Source: Copranaerobaculum intestinale | GTDB lineage: Bacteria; Bacillota_I; Bacilli_A; Erysipelotrichales; Erysipelotrichaceae | Length of the DNA stretch: 32,000 bases | Direction: 5' to 3' | NCBI RefSeq assembly: GCF_009831105.1 | Contig: NZ_WUUQ01000002.1 | Coordinates: 540,001 to 572,000, forward strand | Shown: positions 1 to 10,798 of the stretch, one piece after another | Position numbering within the stretch: the first letter of the stretch is position 1 | Layout of the letters: each line of letters starts with the position of its first letter | The notes under the pieces: model-generated | Database searches by the model: none | Told to the model about the DNA's origin: nothing | Seen by the model: the letters and a program-made list of their open reading frames with translations, nothing else | Program-made: the position numbers and the translations under genes

Positions 1-166
1 CATGGGTCAAAACGATGGCGTCAACAATCCCCTTCGCTGATTCGATATGTTCCCTCACCGCAGGATTCTTGCTTCCGGGATCAACAATCATTACATGATG
101 ATCTTCCCAAAGCAGATAACAGTTTGCCTGGATCGGGCCCAATACTAATGTTTCATACTTTTTCAT
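1..166 (-). CDS. MBL-fold metallo-hydrolase, N-terminal part (gene continues past the window start)
   Basis: The minus-strand translation from the ATG at 166 reads MKKYETLVLGPIQANCYLLWEDHHVMIVDPGSKNPAVREHIESAKGIVDAIVLTH. This is a typical beta-lactamase-fold N-terminus that ends at the start of the HxHxDH motif. No clear SD is visible. Confidence 0.6.
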   Translation of the reverse strand, partial: MKKYETLVLGPIQANCYLLWEDHHVMIVDPGSKNPAVREHIESAKGIVDAIVLTH

Positions 167-180
167 ATTTGTCTGTCAAT

Positions 181-203
181 AAAAAAGACCGCAAAGGTCT
201 CTT
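181..203 (-). terminator. Rho-independent terminator after rpmG
   Basis: The minus strand reads GAGACC-TTTGC-GGTCTT followed by TTTTTT. The stem is short (5-6 bp) and lies directly after the rpmG stop. Confidence 0.55.
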
Positions 204-353
204 CTATTTTTTCTCCTTATGTGCAGTCTTTTTGTTACAACGCGGGCAAAATTTATTGATTTGCATACGTTCTGGATGTTTACGTTTATTACGTGTTCCG
301 ATGTAGTTCTCTTCGTTACATTCTGAACATTTGAAAGTAATACGATCTCTCAT
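204..353 (-). CDS. rpmG: 50S ribosomal protein L33
   Basis: This ORF is not in the supplied track because it is under 60 aa. Hand translation gives MRDRITFKCSECNEENYIGTRNKRKHPERMQINKFCPRCNKKTAHKEKK, with the CxxC...CxxC zinc ribbon typical of L33. A GGAGGG SD lies about 7 nt upstream. Confidence 0.9.
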   Translation of the reverse strand: MRDRITFKCSECNEENYIGTRNKRKHPERMQINKFCPRCNKKTAHKEKK

Positions 354-380
354 AGTGTCCCTCCTCGTACATGCGTTAAG

Positions 381-410
381 ATTATATCATATAACATATG
401 AAATTGCTAA
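381..410 (-). promoter_or_regulatory. Candidate sigma-A promoter for rpmG
   Basis: The minus strand shows TTAGCA (410-405), an 18-nt spacer and an extended -10 TGaTATAAT (389-381). Confidence 0.45.
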
Positions 411-439
411 TCTTTTTTATAAAAGTATAAAATGTCTGA

Positions 440-2545
440 TTAATTCGCACTTTTTGCCAAATCCGGGTAGTATTTGTAGAACTCTTTCAGGACTCTTGGC
501 ATAATATCGTTACTGCAGCTGTTTGACTGGATGTTATCACTGTAAGACGAATTCGGCGCAACACAGGCAAAAGCCAAATTAGGATTCTCATACGGTGCAA
601 ATCCAATCAAGGATGCATGGGATGCTTGAATCAGCGTACCGTTCTCATAGAACGGATTCTCGGCAGTACCGGTTTTTGCAGATACTTCATACGGCGTTGC
701 AAGATCTGTTACACCACCGCACCAACCGGTTGACACACAGGTGCGGAACCCCAGCCGGGAACGTTCTAAATTATTATTTTTATCATTTAGCACCGACAAT
801 ACCTCAGCCTTATTTTCATAAACCAATGAAGATTTATCATTGACTTCATAGGCGCCGGATACGATTCGCGGCTTCACACGCTTACCGCCGTTGGCTACTG
901 TGGATGCGTACTGTGCTAACTGCATCGGCGTATACGTATCAAGCTGTCCGATTGCAAAGTCTAATAACAGACCTGCCTGTCGGCTTAAACCGACATAACC
1001 GGTTTCCTCCTGCGGTACATCCACACCGGTTTTTATACCGAGACCGAACATCGAATAATACCGCCGCATCAGATCAAACGTAGACAGATTCAAATTCAGC
1101 GGACCATATGGTGTATAAGTGCCACCGCCTAGCTTAATCGCGATATTGAACATATAAACATTACTGGATTTTTGGAGAGCCCCGATTTCATCCAGCGGTC
1201 CGTAATTTCGATAAGATGCTTTTTTCGTACCTCCCTGAAAATACATCGGAGCGTCATTGAATACCGTGTTTTTGGTAATTGCACCCTCATTGAGTCCCAT
1301 GAATACAGTAGCACCTTTGACGATTGATCCCGGCGTATTCGCATTGAGATACGTACCGGAAGCGTACGGATATAGATTTCCGGCATCATCTGTATTGATT
1401 CCGGACATGGCGTATACTTTGCCATCCTGAGGATTCATCAGTACTACAAATGCGTTCTTATAGTATTTACGATACTGATTCGATTTTGCGTTCTGCAAAA
1501 CTTCGGTGAGAATCGCATCTATGGACTTCTGCAGCTCTATGTTAATATTCAACTGCAGATCATAGCCTTTTTTCCCAGCTTTCACCTCATTGAAGGTTGC
1601 TTCGCCATCCTTATTGTATTTGATTTCCTTAACGTTACGAGTTCCGCTCAGCAAAGCTTCATACTCCTGTTCCAAGCCGCTGGTACCCACTTGATCGTTT
1701 AACGGATAGCCGAGTGCCTGGTAATGAAGCCGGTCCTGAGACTGAATCGTACCAATGTTACCCAATACATCTTTTAATGTTTTATCATACGGATATTCCC
1801 GCTTCCACCCACTGGTAACTTCAAATCCGCGAAATTCATTTTGATGTTCACTCAGATAACTGACCTGCTCATCGCTCACGTTGGACAAAATCGTTTTACT
1901 TTCATTTTCCGAAACGCTCTGCATCAGCAGCCAGGTCGGATACGCCTCCCGATAATCCTGTGGCAGATCATCAATATCGGCCTGCTTGATTCGTTTCATT
2001 TTCAGCTTATCGGCCTTTTCACTGGATATTTCACCCTTCAAAGCCTGCTGCAGCTCATTCTTTGTCAACAGATGATTTCCCTGATCTTTTTTACCGCTGC
2101 TGTCGACTGATAAAATAAGATAGAGCTTTTTCCACTCATCATCAGTTGGTTCATATTTACTTTTTCCGAATTGCTTGGTAAATTGAATTGCCAGCTCCCA
2201 TTCTTCGTCATTTGATACATCCTCATTGGGATAATAGGTAATATTCATCGATTGAATCGTATTGGCAATGATTTTACCGTTGGCATCGTACATCACACCT
2301 CGCGGGGTAGAAGAAGTCTGCTTCCTCGAAGCATAGTTATCCAATTTCACTTTATATTCATCGTTTTCCCGATACTGCAGATTGACCAGTCGAAAACTGA
2401 TACATCCAAATATTATTAAAATTACCAAGCCGCCGATTCGGACTCTCTGATTGATAACTTTATTCATATCCTTTGGTTTTTTCAGCACATCGGAACTGCG
2501 GCGCATTTCTTCATGATCTAGCTTTTGAAACGGATTACGAAACAT
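440..2545 (-). CDS. Class B penicillin-binding protein (PBP2/FtsI-type transpeptidase)
   Basis: It has an N-terminal TM helix (GGLVILIIFGCISF) and the transpeptidase motifs SIVK (SxxK), SSN (SxN) and KTGTA (KTG). I chose the ATG at 2545 (MFRNPF...) because GGAGGTGAGG lies just upstream. The track ORF extends to 2578. Confidence 0.85.
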   Translation of the reverse strand: MFRNPFQKLDHEEMRRSSDVLKKPKDMNKVINQRVRIGGLVILIIFGCISFRLVNLQYRENDEYKVKLDNYASRKQTSSTPRGVMYDANGKIIANTIQSMNITYYPNEDVSNDEEWELAIQFTKQFGKSKYEPTDDEWKKLYLILSVDSSGKKDQGNHLLTKNELQQALKGEISSEKADKLKMKRIKQADIDDLPQDYREAYPTWLLMQSVSENESKTILSNVSDEQVSYLSEHQNEFRGFEVTSGWKREYPYDKTLKDVLGNIGTIQSQDRLHYQALGYPLNDQVGTSGLEQEYEALLSGTRNVKEIKYNKDGEATFNEVKAGKKGYDLQLNINIELQKSIDAILTEVLQNAKSNQYRKYYKNAFVVLMNPQDGKVYAMSGINTDDAGNLYPYASGTYLNANTPGSIVKGATVFMGLNEGAITKNTVFNDAPMYFQGGTKKASYRNYGPLDEIGALQKSSNVYMFNIAIKLGGGTYTPYGPLNLNLSTFDLMRRYYSMFGLGIKTGVDVPQEETGYVGLSRQAGLLLDFAIGQLDTYTPMQLAQYASTVANGGKRVKPRIVSGAYEVNDKSSLVYENKAEVLSVLNDKNNNLERSRLGFRTCVSTGWCGGVTDLATPYEVSAKTGTAENPFYENGTLIQASHASLIGFAPYENPNLAFACVAPNSSYSDNIQSNSCSNDIMPRVLKEFYKYYPDLAKSAN

Positions 2546-2672
2546 GCACCTCACCTCCATACGCATTATTATAACCATTTTTTTATAAAATTACTACCTG
2601 CGATTCGGATTTCACACACTTGTATTTGTACTTCATTACAGTTTTGTTTATAATGTGGTTGAGGTGAAAAGA

Positions 2673-3749
2673 ATGAAACGTACAGAAACAAGAGCGGTTC
2701 AGATCGGCAGCCTGCAGTTGGGCCATCAAAACCGTGTTATTATACAATCCATGTGCAATACCCGCACCAGTGATACAGCAGCCACAATATCACAAATTTT
2801 ACAGCTGGAGAAGATGGGCTGTGAAATGGTTCGCTTAGCAATCATTGATGAGGACGATGCAAAGGCGATCTCTGAAATCAAGCAGCAGGTGCATATTCCA
2901 CTGGTGGCAGATATTCACTATGACTATCGTATTGCGGTGCTTGCGGCAGAAAACGGTATTGATAAAATCCGCATCAATCCCGGTAATATCGGTGCAAAAG
3001 AAAATGTTGAAGCAGTTGTAAGCATCTGTAAGGAAAAGCATATACCAATCCGCATTGGCATTAACAGCGGTTCTTTGGAAAAAGACATTCATGAGCGTGA
3101 CGGTAAACCGACCGCTGCGGGCATGATCGAAAGCGCTCAGCGTCATGTGAAAATTCTAACTGATTTGAATTTCCATGACATCTGTCTGTCCTTCAAGTCA
3201 AGTGATCCCAATTTGTGCATAGAAGCTTATCGACTGGCGGCAGAAACATTCCCTTACCCGCTGCATCTTGGCGTTACTGAGGCAGGAACGGTTATGACCA
3301 GTGCCGTGAAATCTACATATGCGCTGGGCACATTGCTACAGGAAGGGATCGGCGATACGATTCGGGTTTCGGTAAATGGCGATCCCTGCAAAGAAATTCC
3401 TATTGTGAAATCTATTCTGCATTGTGCCGGGCTGCTGAAACGAGTGCCTAATCTGGTAGCCTGTCCAACCTGCGGCAGAACGCAATTTGATATCGGGCCC
3501 GTCGTTGATGAAATAGAGCAGTTTTTACAAGGTATATCGGCAGATATTACGGTGGCGATCATGGGCTGTGCGGTGAATGGTCCGGGAGAAGCAAAGCATG
3601 CGGATATTGCCATTGCCGGCGGCCGCAATGAAGGCTTGCTGATCAAAAAAGGAAACATCATGGAAAAACTGCCGCAGGATCAAATGGTTTCGCGGCTGAA
3701 AACAGAAATCATAAAAATGGCAGAAGCGCAAAAAAATCAGGAAGCTTAA
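2673..3749 (+). CDS. ispG: 4-hydroxy-3-methylbut-2-en-1-yl diphosphate synthase (MEP pathway)
   Basis: The sequence is full-length GcpE-like: RTETRAVQIGSLQLGHQNRVIIQSMCNT, INPGNIG, and C-terminal Fe-S cysteines in ACPTCGR and GCAVNGPGE. The ATG at 2673 is preceded by GAGGTGA. The track start at 2655 is a GTG. Confidence 0.9.
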   Translation: MKRTETRAVQIGSLQLGHQNRVIIQSMCNTRTSDTAATISQILQLEKMGCEMVRLAIIDEDDAKAISEIKQQVHIPLVADIHYDYRIAVLAAENGIDKIRINPGNIGAKENVEAVVSICKEKHIPIRIGINSGSLEKDIHERDGKPTAAGMIESAQRHVKILTDLNFHDICLSFKSSDPNLCIEAYRLAAETFPYPLHLGVTEAGTVMTSAVKSTYALGTLLQEGIGDTIRVSVNGDPCKEIPIVKSILHCAGLLKRVPNLVACPTCGRTQFDIGPVVDEIEQFLQGISADITVAIMGCAVNGPGEAKHADIAIAGGRNEGLLIKKGNIMEKLPQDQMVSRLKTEIIKMAEAQKNQEA

Positions 3750-3763
3750 CTCCTGATTTTTTT
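3735..3763 (+). terminator. Rho-independent terminator of ispG
   Basis: AATCAGGA (3735-3742) pairs with TCCTGATT (3751-3758) and is followed by a T-run. The ispG stop codon lies in the loop. Confidence 0.7.
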
Positions 3764-3840
3764 ATCGATGATCATTGTATATCAATCAGATACATTGTCT
3801 CAAATCAAGCAGACAGCGGATTTATGAATAACTGCGCTTT

Positions 3841-4719
3841 TTATTCCCTTTTGATTTTATCTAACAGCTGCTCGTCAAATTGTCCGCTTTTCAGCATTGC
3901 AATTTCATATTTATAGGGAGCATGGCCTTCTACATATGGTGTCTCTAATATTTTTACTACATGCTCAACCCTTGGATTATGAACAATTTTATGTAGTGCT
4001 TCAAAACCAATTTCGCCAAATCCGATATTCGCGTGACGATCTTTACGAGCTCCTCTGATATTCTTTGAATCGTTGACATGGATGCAGGATAGGCGGGATA
4101 AGCCTATTTTCTGATCAAACTCATCTAAGATGCGATCAAAGTCGGTCAGATCAAATCCGGCATCATGTAAATGGCAGGTGTCCATGCATACACCCAAATG
4201 CTCTGCGAATTTGCAGTGATCGATCAAATAGCGGATATGGTCAAAGTGATATCCGATTTCACTGCCCTTACCGGCCATTGTTTCAATCGCAACGGTCACA
4301 TGATCAGCATTTGCTAATGCCAGATCAAGCCCCTCAACGATTCGCTGCAATCCAACGTCTTCTCCCGCCTGTACATGACTTCCCGGATGAAGCACAAGGA
4401 TTGTCGCCTGTAAAGCTTTTACACGATCAATTTCTTTTGTCAAAAATTCTACACCGAGATCAAAGGTTTCTGGCTTTGTACAATTTGCCAGATTGATGAT
4501 ATAGGGAGCATGAACAATCAGACTGCTCTTTTCAATCGCGTTATTTTCCATCAGCTGAAGCGCTTCCTCAACCTTTAGTTCACCCATCGCTTTGCGCCGG
4601 GTATTCTGCGGTGCTCCGGTATACAGCATGAGTGCATTTGCATCATAGGATAACGCTTCTTTAACTGCTCCCAATACATAGTCTGGGGCACTCATAGATA
4701 CATGAGATCCAATTTTCAT
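3841..4719 (-). CDS. nfo: Endonuclease IV (AP endonuclease, TIM-barrel)
   Basis: The Nfo-like sequence runs through MKIGSHVS...LHPGSH...ETMAGKGSE...CMDTCHLHDAG...HVNDSKN...DRHANIG. Its start overlaps the helicase stop by 1 nt. Confidence 0.9.
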   Translation of the reverse strand: MKIGSHVSMSAPDYVLGAVKEALSYDANALMLYTGAPQNTRRKAMGELKVEEALQLMENNAIEKSSLIVHAPYIINLANCTKPETFDLGVEFLTKEIDRVKALQATILVLHPGSHVQAGEDVGLQRIVEGLDLALANADHVTVAIETMAGKGSEIGYHFDHIRYLIDHCKFAEHLGVCMDTCHLHDAGFDLTDFDRILDEFDQKIGLSRLSCIHVNDSKNIRGARKDRHANIGFGEIGFEALHKIVHNPRVEHVVKILETPYVEGHAPYKYEIAMLKSGQFDEQLLDKIKRE

Positions 4720-6086
4720 TAATTTTCACCCTCCTGTTTCGCCTGCTGGTACTGCTTAGCACGCTCTTTCTTCTGACGGCGAATATCATTTTGAATCAGC
4801 TGGCGCTTCGCTCTTCTGCGCATTTTTTCAATTTCCTGCTTCTGTTTTACTTTATAGCCAGGCTTCACCTTGGTTTTGCGATGCTTCACCTGCTTGGCAA
4901 TTTCCGCCTGCAGCGGATCAGCTTTGCGAACCCTTCCCGATTCAAATAACGGCTTTAAATCATTCCATCGCTGATTCTTATAGGAACGATGCGCAAAGTG
5001 AATGCCTCGCTGCTTCAAATTACGGATTGCGGCTTCGTCCTGTTTCTGGTACAGCGCATAGCAAATACCGTCGTGACCGGCTCTTCCGGTACGACCGCTG
5101 CGGTGGATATAAAAATCAAGTTCACTTGGAAAGCCCAGTGATACAACATGACTGACTCCTTCAATGTCAATGCCACGGGCTGCAATATCGGTCGCTACAA
5201 CAAATGATTTTCGTGAATCGGCCAGTTCCTTCATCGCCTTGTTACGTTCCCGCGGGGTCAAATCACCATGGAGCTCAATAACACCGTAATTATGGTCCCG
5301 CAATGTCTGGGCAGTTTTTGCGGCTTCCTGACGGGTATTCGCAAAAATCAGACAGATATAAGGCTGAAAGCCGGGCAGGATATCGAGTAAAGCTTCTTCA
5401 TAACTCTTATGACGGCACGGTACTAATATGTGTTCAATTTGCGGCTCAAAAGAATCAGTATCCTGTATGCGGATAATTTCCGGATGTTTCATATATTTTT
5501 TCAAAAAGAGCTGAAGCTCCTGCGGAATTGTAGCGGAAAAACTCATCATTTGCAGATCCTTGCGCATTCTGCCGGCAATGGCATCCACATCCTTCAGAAA
5601 GCCGAATTCCAGTGTCATGTCCGCTTCATCAACCACCATGATTTTCGCACTGTCGACGCGAAGCGCCAGATCATTTAAAAACAGATCCTTGATTCGTCCC
5701 GGTGTACCAATGACGATATGCGGCTGTTCTTTCAGAGATTCGATCATGCGGCTCTTTTCAAGTCCGCCGATGATCAGCTTGATGCGAAGGGACGGGCAGA
5801 CTTCATTCATGATCTGACAGCGCTGATACAGTTGAATCGCCAGTTCTCGGGTCGGCGCGGTTATTACTGCCTGAACCTGGCTGCTTTCAATATTGATGCG
5901 CTCCAACAGCGGGATTAAAAATGCATGTGTTTTTCCGGTTCCGGTTTTAGAAATACCGATGATATCCCGACCTTTACAGGCAGGTGGTATCACCGCTTTT
6001 TGAATTGGAGTCGGCGCTTGGAAATTGTTATGTTTAATAAAGGCTCGTGTATAATCCTTTAATTGATAATCTTGATAACTGCTCAT
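4719..6086 (-). CDS. cshB: DEAD-box ATP-dependent RNA helicase with a basic C-terminal tail
   Basis: It carries a Q-motif (FQAPTPIQ), motif I (SKTGTGKT), DEAD (VVDEAD), SAT and HRSGRTGRAG, plus a Lys/Arg-rich tail. The symbol is assigned from its position next to nfo, as in Bacillus. Confidence 0.8.
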   Translation of the reverse strand: MSSYQDYQLKDYTRAFIKHNNFQAPTPIQKAVIPPACKGRDIIGISKTGTGKTHAFLIPLLERINIESSQVQAVITAPTRELAIQLYQRCQIMNEVCPSLRIKLIIGGLEKSRMIESLKEQPHIVIGTPGRIKDLFLNDLALRVDSAKIMVVDEADMTLEFGFLKDVDAIAGRMRKDLQMMSFSATIPQELQLFLKKYMKHPEIIRIQDTDSFEPQIEHILVPCRHKSYEEALLDILPGFQPYICLIFANTRQEAAKTAQTLRDHNYGVIELHGDLTPRERNKAMKELADSRKSFVVATDIAARGIDIEGVSHVVSLGFPSELDFYIHRSGRTGRAGHDGICYALYQKQDEAAIRNLKQRGIHFAHRSYKNQRWNDLKPLFESGRVRKADPLQAEIAKQVKHRKTKVKPGYKVKQKQEIEKMRRRAKRQLIQNDIRRQKKERAKQYQQAKQEGEN

Positions 6087-6225
6087 ATATTTTCACCCTT
6101 TCAAAGTGATTTCACTTAGTAACGTATTTTATTATACCATAGGTTACGATATTCAATAAGAATTAGCATACTGGAATTTTAAAAAAAAAGCAGTATAATG
6201 GAATTCATAGGACAAGGAGGCAGCC

Positions 6226-7128
6226 ATGGAGATTATAAAAGTAACCCCCCGCGGCTACTGCAAAGGTGTCGTAAGGGCCATTTCAATGGCCAAAGAGGCG
6301 GTGCAGAAATATCCCGATACACCTATTTATGTGTTGGGAATGCTGGTTCATAACCGCTATATTGTAGATGCACTGAAACACATGGGTATTCATACGCTGG
6401 AAAGCGATACCAAAAGTAAAATACTACTGCTGGATGATATCGAAGAGGGTGTCGTGATTTTCACCGCTCACGGCATAGACCCGAAATGCATCGAAAAGGC
6501 AAAAGCAAAGGGATTAATCGTCATAGATGCTTCCTGCCCCGATGTTTTAAAAACCCAGGAGCTGGTCAAAGAAAGATTAAAACAGGGATATGAGATACTA
6601 TATATCGGTAAAGCAGGTCATCCTGAGGCAACAGCCGTATGCTCATTGAGCGATCATATCCACCTGCTGACATCCCTTGCGGATCTGAAATCAGTGAAGC
6701 CGGCGGACAAGGTCTTTGTAACAAATCAAACTACCATGTCCTTTCAGGATATTGAACAGTTCTTCCGACAAATTCACAAGCGGATACCGCAAGCTGAATT
6801 TTCGCAGGAAATCTGTAATGCGACAAGAATCCGTCAAGAAGCGGTAGCAGCCCTAAAAAATATCGATCTATTATATGTAGTCGGAGATAAAGCTTCCAAC
6901 AATTCAAACCGACTTGCGGAAATTGCCCAGGCAAACGACGAAATTCGACAGGTATGTCTGATTGAGAACGCCTTAGATATCGGTTTGGATCAGCTCGCGG
7001 ATGTCAAGCGCGTTGCGGTTACCAGCGGCGCTTCAACCCCAACCTATCTGACCGCTCAGGTCATCACATTTCTGGAACAGCAGGAAAAGCATATTTATCC
7101 AATAATCGATATAAATAAAATGCTGTAA
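6226..7128 (+). CDS. ispH: 4-hydroxy-3-methylbut-2-enyl diphosphate reductase (MEP pathway)
   Basis: It has a LytB-type N-terminus (PRGYCKGVVRAI), the conserved motifs AHG, DASCP and NQTT, and a AAGGAGG SD upstream. Confidence 0.9.
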   Translation: MEIIKVTPRGYCKGVVRAISMAKEAVQKYPDTPIYVLGMLVHNRYIVDALKHMGIHTLESDTKSKILLLDDIEEGVVIFTAHGIDPKCIEKAKAKGLIVIDASCPDVLKTQELVKERLKQGYEILYIGKAGHPEATAVCSLSDHIHLLTSLADLKSVKPADKVFVTNQTTMSFQDIEQFFRQIHKRIPQAEFSQEICNATRIRQEAVAALKNIDLLYVVGDKASNNSNRLAEIAQANDEIRQVCLIENALDIGLDQLADVKRVAVTSGASTPTYLTAQVITFLEQQEKHIYPIIDINKML

Positions 7129-7157
7129 GAAAAAAGGAGTGCTAACTCCTTTTTCTT
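7127..7157. terminator. Bidirectional terminator between convergent ispH and trmK
   Basis: AAGAAAAAAGGAGT-GCTA-ACTCCTTTTTCTT forms a near-perfect hairpin flanked by an A-run and a T-run. It overlaps both stop codons. Confidence 0.7.
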
Positions 7158-7819
7158 ACGTCTGCAAGTTTATTTCGAATGCTGATCAGCTGCTGCTGAT
7201 AATCAAAATACTTTGGATGATTGATTGGCATTTGCTGTAGGATGGTTTCCAGTTTCGTCAAACGAAACTGCCAATATGGCAGAAAGCTTGCCTGCTGATC
7301 CAGGCCGCATCCAAAGCAAATTTCTGCTTCACTCAGCGGTTCATGCGCGGCTGTATTCATATCGATCATCGTATAGAAATGGCCGTCCTTCACAAGCCGC
7401 TCCTGGATAATTGTAAAGTGATGATCACTGATCCACCGCCGCAGCTCTTCGACGCCGGTATTGGCTTGCAGAATAATGTGACGAAATTGATAAAGCTTTG
7501 ATAAATTCTCTTCCAGAATCATTTTGATCGTATCAAATCCCATACCGGCGATAATCGCCGTATCAGCATCCTCAGGCACCTTGGAAAGACCGCCGCCAAG
7601 AATAGCAGTGATCTGATCCTGCAGTCCCTGTTCCTGAATCAATGCTTTTGCACGATCTAATGGACCAACTGCAATATCACACGCATACGCTTTGGTAATG
7701 ATCTGATTTTGAACAAGAAAAGCCGGAAGCAGTGCATGGTCAGTTCCGATATCGGCCACAATGCTTCCCGGCTGGATCATATCAGCAAGCGTTTGCAGCC
7801 GAAGACTGAGTTTACTCAT
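7142..7819 (-). CDS. trmK: tRNA (adenine22-N1)-methyltransferase
   Basis: The N-terminus LSLRLQTLADMIQPGSIVADIGTDHALLPAFL is TrmK/YqfN-like. The gene lies directly downstream of sigA. Confidence 0.8.
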   Translation of the reverse strand: MSKLSLRLQTLADMIQPGSIVADIGTDHALLPAFLVQNQIITKAYACDIAVGPLDRAKALIQEQGLQDQITAILGGGLSKVPEDADTAIIAGMGFDTIKMILEENLSKLYQFRHIILQANTGVEELRRWISDHHFTIIQERLVKDGHFYTMIDMNTAAHEPLSEAEICFGCGLDQQASFLPYWQFRLTKLETILQQMPINHPKYFDYQQQLISIRNKLADVRKRS

Positions 7820-8994
7820 TATGGCTTATCCACAAAATCCTTCAAACGCTTAGAGCGAGTCGGATGCTTCAGCTTACGCAGTGCTTTTGCTTCAATCTGA
7901 CGAATTCGCTCACGTGTTACGTTAAATTCTTTTCCTACTTCTTCTAATGTCCGGGTACGTCCGTCATATAATCCAAAACGCAGGCGCAGCACTTTCTCCT
8001 CACGCTCTGTAAGTCCCTGCAGCACGGTGTTAATCTCATCCTTCAGCAGCTGATTGTTGGCATATTCATCCGGAGATAATGCTTCCTTATCCTCAATAAA
8101 ATCACCTAAATGGGAATCGTCTTCCTCACCGATCGGGGTTTCCAAAGAAACCGGTTCCAAAGCGATCTTCTGAATTTCTCGTACTTTCTCCGGAGAGATG
8201 TTTTCCATTTTCGCAGCAATTTCCTCTGCCGTAGGATCACGGCCCAGATCCTGAACCAGCTGACGCTGAATCCGAGTTAGTTTGTTGATGGTCTCAACCA
8301 TATGGACAGGAATCCGTATCGTTCTGGCCTGATCGGCAATCGCTCTGGTGATCGCTTGACGAATCCACCAAGTTGCGTAGGTTGAAAATTTGAAGCCTTT
8401 GGTGTAATCGAATTTTTCAACTGCTTTGACCAAGCCCATATTTCCTTCCTGGATCAAATCCAGAAACAACATGCCCCGTCCAACATATTTTTTTGCGATG
8501 GAAACAACCAGACGCAGATTGGCTGCGATCAGCTTCCGCTTAGCTTCTTCATCCCCAGCCTGAATCCGTCGCGCAATCTCCGGCTCATCAGCCGGATCCA
8601 ACAGATCGACCCGTCCGATCTCTTTCAGATACATTTTGACCGGATCGTTGATTTTTGTATGAGCCGCATTGGCGAAGGACTGCTCCAGTGTTTCAATATC
8701 GCTGGCAAGCGCGTTAAAATCACTGTCTTCCGTTTCCTCCTCTACGTCAATATCATCATCAAACAATTCCAGGTCGGCATTAATATGCTCAGCATCGGGA
8801 ATGTTGGAATCATCTTCATCATCCGTAATGCTGATATTGTTTTGGGCGAACCACAGCAGCAGATCTTCACTCTCCTGATCGTTTAGATCCAGGTGTTCAA
8901 TCGCATCATCAATATCTTTTTGATTTAAGAATCCGTTGATTTTATAAGATTCTTGCAGTTCGGTTTTTACATCATCCAAGGATTTAAATTCCAT
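7819..8994 (-). CDS. sigA: Primary RNA polymerase sigma factor (sigma-70/SigA)
   Basis: It has an acidic region 1.1, region 2 ([27 protein letters not shown]) and region 4 ([30 protein letters not shown]). I prefer the start at 8994 (MEFKSL) because AAAAAAGGAGA lies upstream. The track start at 9033 would overlap dnaG by 17 nt. Confidence 0.93.
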   Translation of the reverse strand: MEFKSLDDVKTELQESYKINGFLNQKDIDDAIEHLDLNDQESEDLLLWFAQNNISITDDEDDSNIPDAEHINADLELFDDDIDVEEETEDSDFNALASDIETLEQSFANAAHTKINDPVKMYLKEIGRVDLLDPADEPEIARRIQAGDEEAKRKLIAANLRLVVSIAKKYVGRGMLFLDLIQEGNMGLVKAVEKFDYTKGFKFSTYATWWIRQAITRAIADQARTIRIPVHMVETINKLTRIQRQLVQDLGRDPTAEEIAAKMENISPEKVREIQKIALEPVSLETPIGEEDDSHLGDFIEDKEALSPDEYANNQLLKDEINTVLQGLTEREEKVLRLRFGLYDGRTRTLEEVGKEFNVTRERIRQIEAKALRKLKHPTRSKRLKDFVDKP

Positions 8995-9016
8995 TGAGGT
9001 CTCCTTTTTTGAATTC

Positions 9017-10786
9017 TTATCGGTTTTCTTCATTCAGTATACCCCCTCTTTCGCGAATCAGTCGGTTTTTTTCATCCGCAAGTACAGCTTTTTGTATCGG
9101 ATCGTGCATTTGTTGAATCTGATCATTCAATTTTTTGATCTTGTTGTCTATCAAACTGGATTTGCATCGTTTGATGTCATCACGGAGAACGTTCATATCG
9201 ATCTCTTCCCGCGCCAGTTCCCAGTTTGCGATTTCCAACAGCAGATCCTTTACTTTTTCTTCTTTGATCAGATCAAGCAAGTCTGCCACGATCAATTCCG
9301 TATGTGTACGATAGTAATCAATTATATAAATAGCCAGTTGATTACAAGTGTCGTCTTCCATAAATCCAAGTTCATCCCGATAGATATTGCTGGCGGCGAC
9401 ACCGCACAGCATCTGCGACAGAATCTCATGCTGCGCCCGCAGTGCTCCGTCTTTGGGGTATGTCAGATAGTTTCTTCGGGCAGCTGCCCGCTTTCTGGGT
9501 GCATGTGATACCTGAGCTTCGTTTACTGTTTGACGCATATCGAAACCGGTCAGCTGCAACAGCCGCATATAATGATTCGCTTTTTCAAAATCATCCGGCA
9601 TGGAAGCAATGGCATCCGCCATCTCCTGCGCAAATGCTTTTTTCTGCGAGTAATTTTCAAGGTTATACTTTTCACTTAGATACTGAAACAGAAAATCGAT
9701 CCAGGAAATCGTCCGTTCACTCATCTTTTTCAGTTCATCCAAGCCGTATACTTCAATAATTTCATCGGGGTCGAGTCCCACTTTGTTTTCTACAATTTCA
9801 AAGCGAAACAGATTATTGATCAGCATACCGAGCTTATAGGTTGCACTCTGCCCTGCCTGGTCTCCATCATAACATATTACCACCGGCACATTCAGCCGTT
9901 TCATCAGCTTCAGCTGCGCTTTTGTACATGCAGTACCCAATGTGGCTATCGCGTTATGCATACCTGCCTTCTCAAAGGCCAGCACATCCATGGCGCCTTC
10001 TACTAAAATTGCTTTCCCGCTTTTTTTGCATTCCGGCTTGGCCCGATGATAGTTAAAGATCAAATTACCCTTTGTGTATATCTTGGTTTCCGAGGTGTTT
10101 ATGTATTTCGCATCATCGTTATCTTTGATACGGCGAGCAGAGAAGCCAACCGGTTTGCCGTTTTCATCATGAATCGGAATGGTAATACGGTTGGTGAACA
10201 CATCATACATGCCCATGCTTCCCATCCGTGCGACATTCGCCGCAATCAGGTCTTCATCCGCGTGCTTTTTCGCATGCAGGAAATGATAGACCTCGTTATC
10301 CGGAGGGTTATATCCAAGTTCGAATTTCTTAATGATCTCATCACTGAGCCCACGCTTATGCAGATAATCCTTTACCGGACCTGCTCGGGGTGCATCCAGC
10401 TCATAGCAGGTAAATTCAATCATATCCTGATGAATTTTATGCAGCTTGGCGGCATAGGGATCAATCGGTCTGGACGTATTTTCCAGGCGGCTATGATCAA
10501 ACACAACACCGGCATAATCTGCTACTTTCGCGACAGCCTCAATAAAGCTAATCTGTTCATAACGCTGCACAAACGAAAATACATTACCCCCGGCACCGCA
10601 TACAAAGCATTTAAAAATCTGTTTATCTTCATTGACGGACATAGAAGGATCATGGTCATCATGAAAAGGACAAGTACACCAATAATTCTTGCCCTTCCGC
10701 GTCAGCGGCTCGTAGCGAGATATCACATCAACGATATCCGCCTGCGATCTGATTTCATTGATTTCCTGTTCACTTAATCGCGTCAA
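9017..10786 (-). CDS. dnaG: DNA primase
   Basis: It has the zinc finger ([13 protein letters not shown]...[13 protein letters not shown]) and a TOPRIM domain ([18 protein letters not shown]). The start is a TTG preceded by GAGGTGA. Confidence 0.95.
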   Translation of the reverse strand: MTRLSEQEINEIRSQADIVDVISRYEPLTRKGKNYWCTCPFHDDHDPSMSVNEDKQIFKCFVCGAGGNVFSFVQRYEQISFIEAVAKVADYAGVVFDHSRLENTSRPIDPYAAKLHKIHQDMIEFTCYELDAPRAGPVKDYLHKRGLSDEIIKKFELGYNPPDNEVYHFLHAKKHADEDLIAANVARMGSMGMYDVFTNRITIPIHDENGKPVGFSARRIKDNDDAKYINTSETKIYTKGNLIFNYHRAKPECKKSGKAILVEGAMDVLAFEKAGMHNAIATLGTACTKAQLKLMKRLNVPVVICYDGDQAGQSATYKLGMLINNLFRFEIVENKVGLDPDEIIEVYGLDELKKMSERTISWIDFLFQYLSEKYNLENYSQKKAFAQEMADAIASMPDDFEKANHYMRLLQLTGFDMRQTVNEAQVSHAPRKRAAARRNYLTYPKDGALRAQHEILSQMLCGVAASNIYRDELGFMEDDTCNQLAIYIIDYYRTHTELIVADLLDLIKEEKVKDLLLEIANWELAREEIDMNVLRDDIKRCKSSLIDNKIKKLNDQIQQMHDPIQKAVLADEKNRLIRERGGILNEENR

Positions 10787-10798
10787 AGAATCACCTCA

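Noticed and set aside
124-306. A 60-aa plus-strand ORF from the track.
   Set aside because: It lies antisense to a clear L33 (rpmG) coding sequence and its terminator. It has no SD and a low-complexity composition.
8995-9033. A longer sigA N-terminus ([13 protein letters not shown]...) starting at 9033.
   Set aside because: It would overlap the dnaG 3' end by 17 nt and lacks an SD. The ATG at 8994 has a strong AAGGAGA SD. It cannot be fully excluded.
10046-10777. Long antisense ORFs inside dnaG (243 aa), and similar ones in glyQS (11369-11977, 202 aa), pstA (19814-20341, 175 aa), the PBP gene and elsewhere.
   Set aside because: They sit entirely within well-supported genes on the opposite strand and have odd compositions (rich in Ile, Phe, Arg and Cys). 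I recognise no motifs or SD sequences, so they are typical shadow ORFs.
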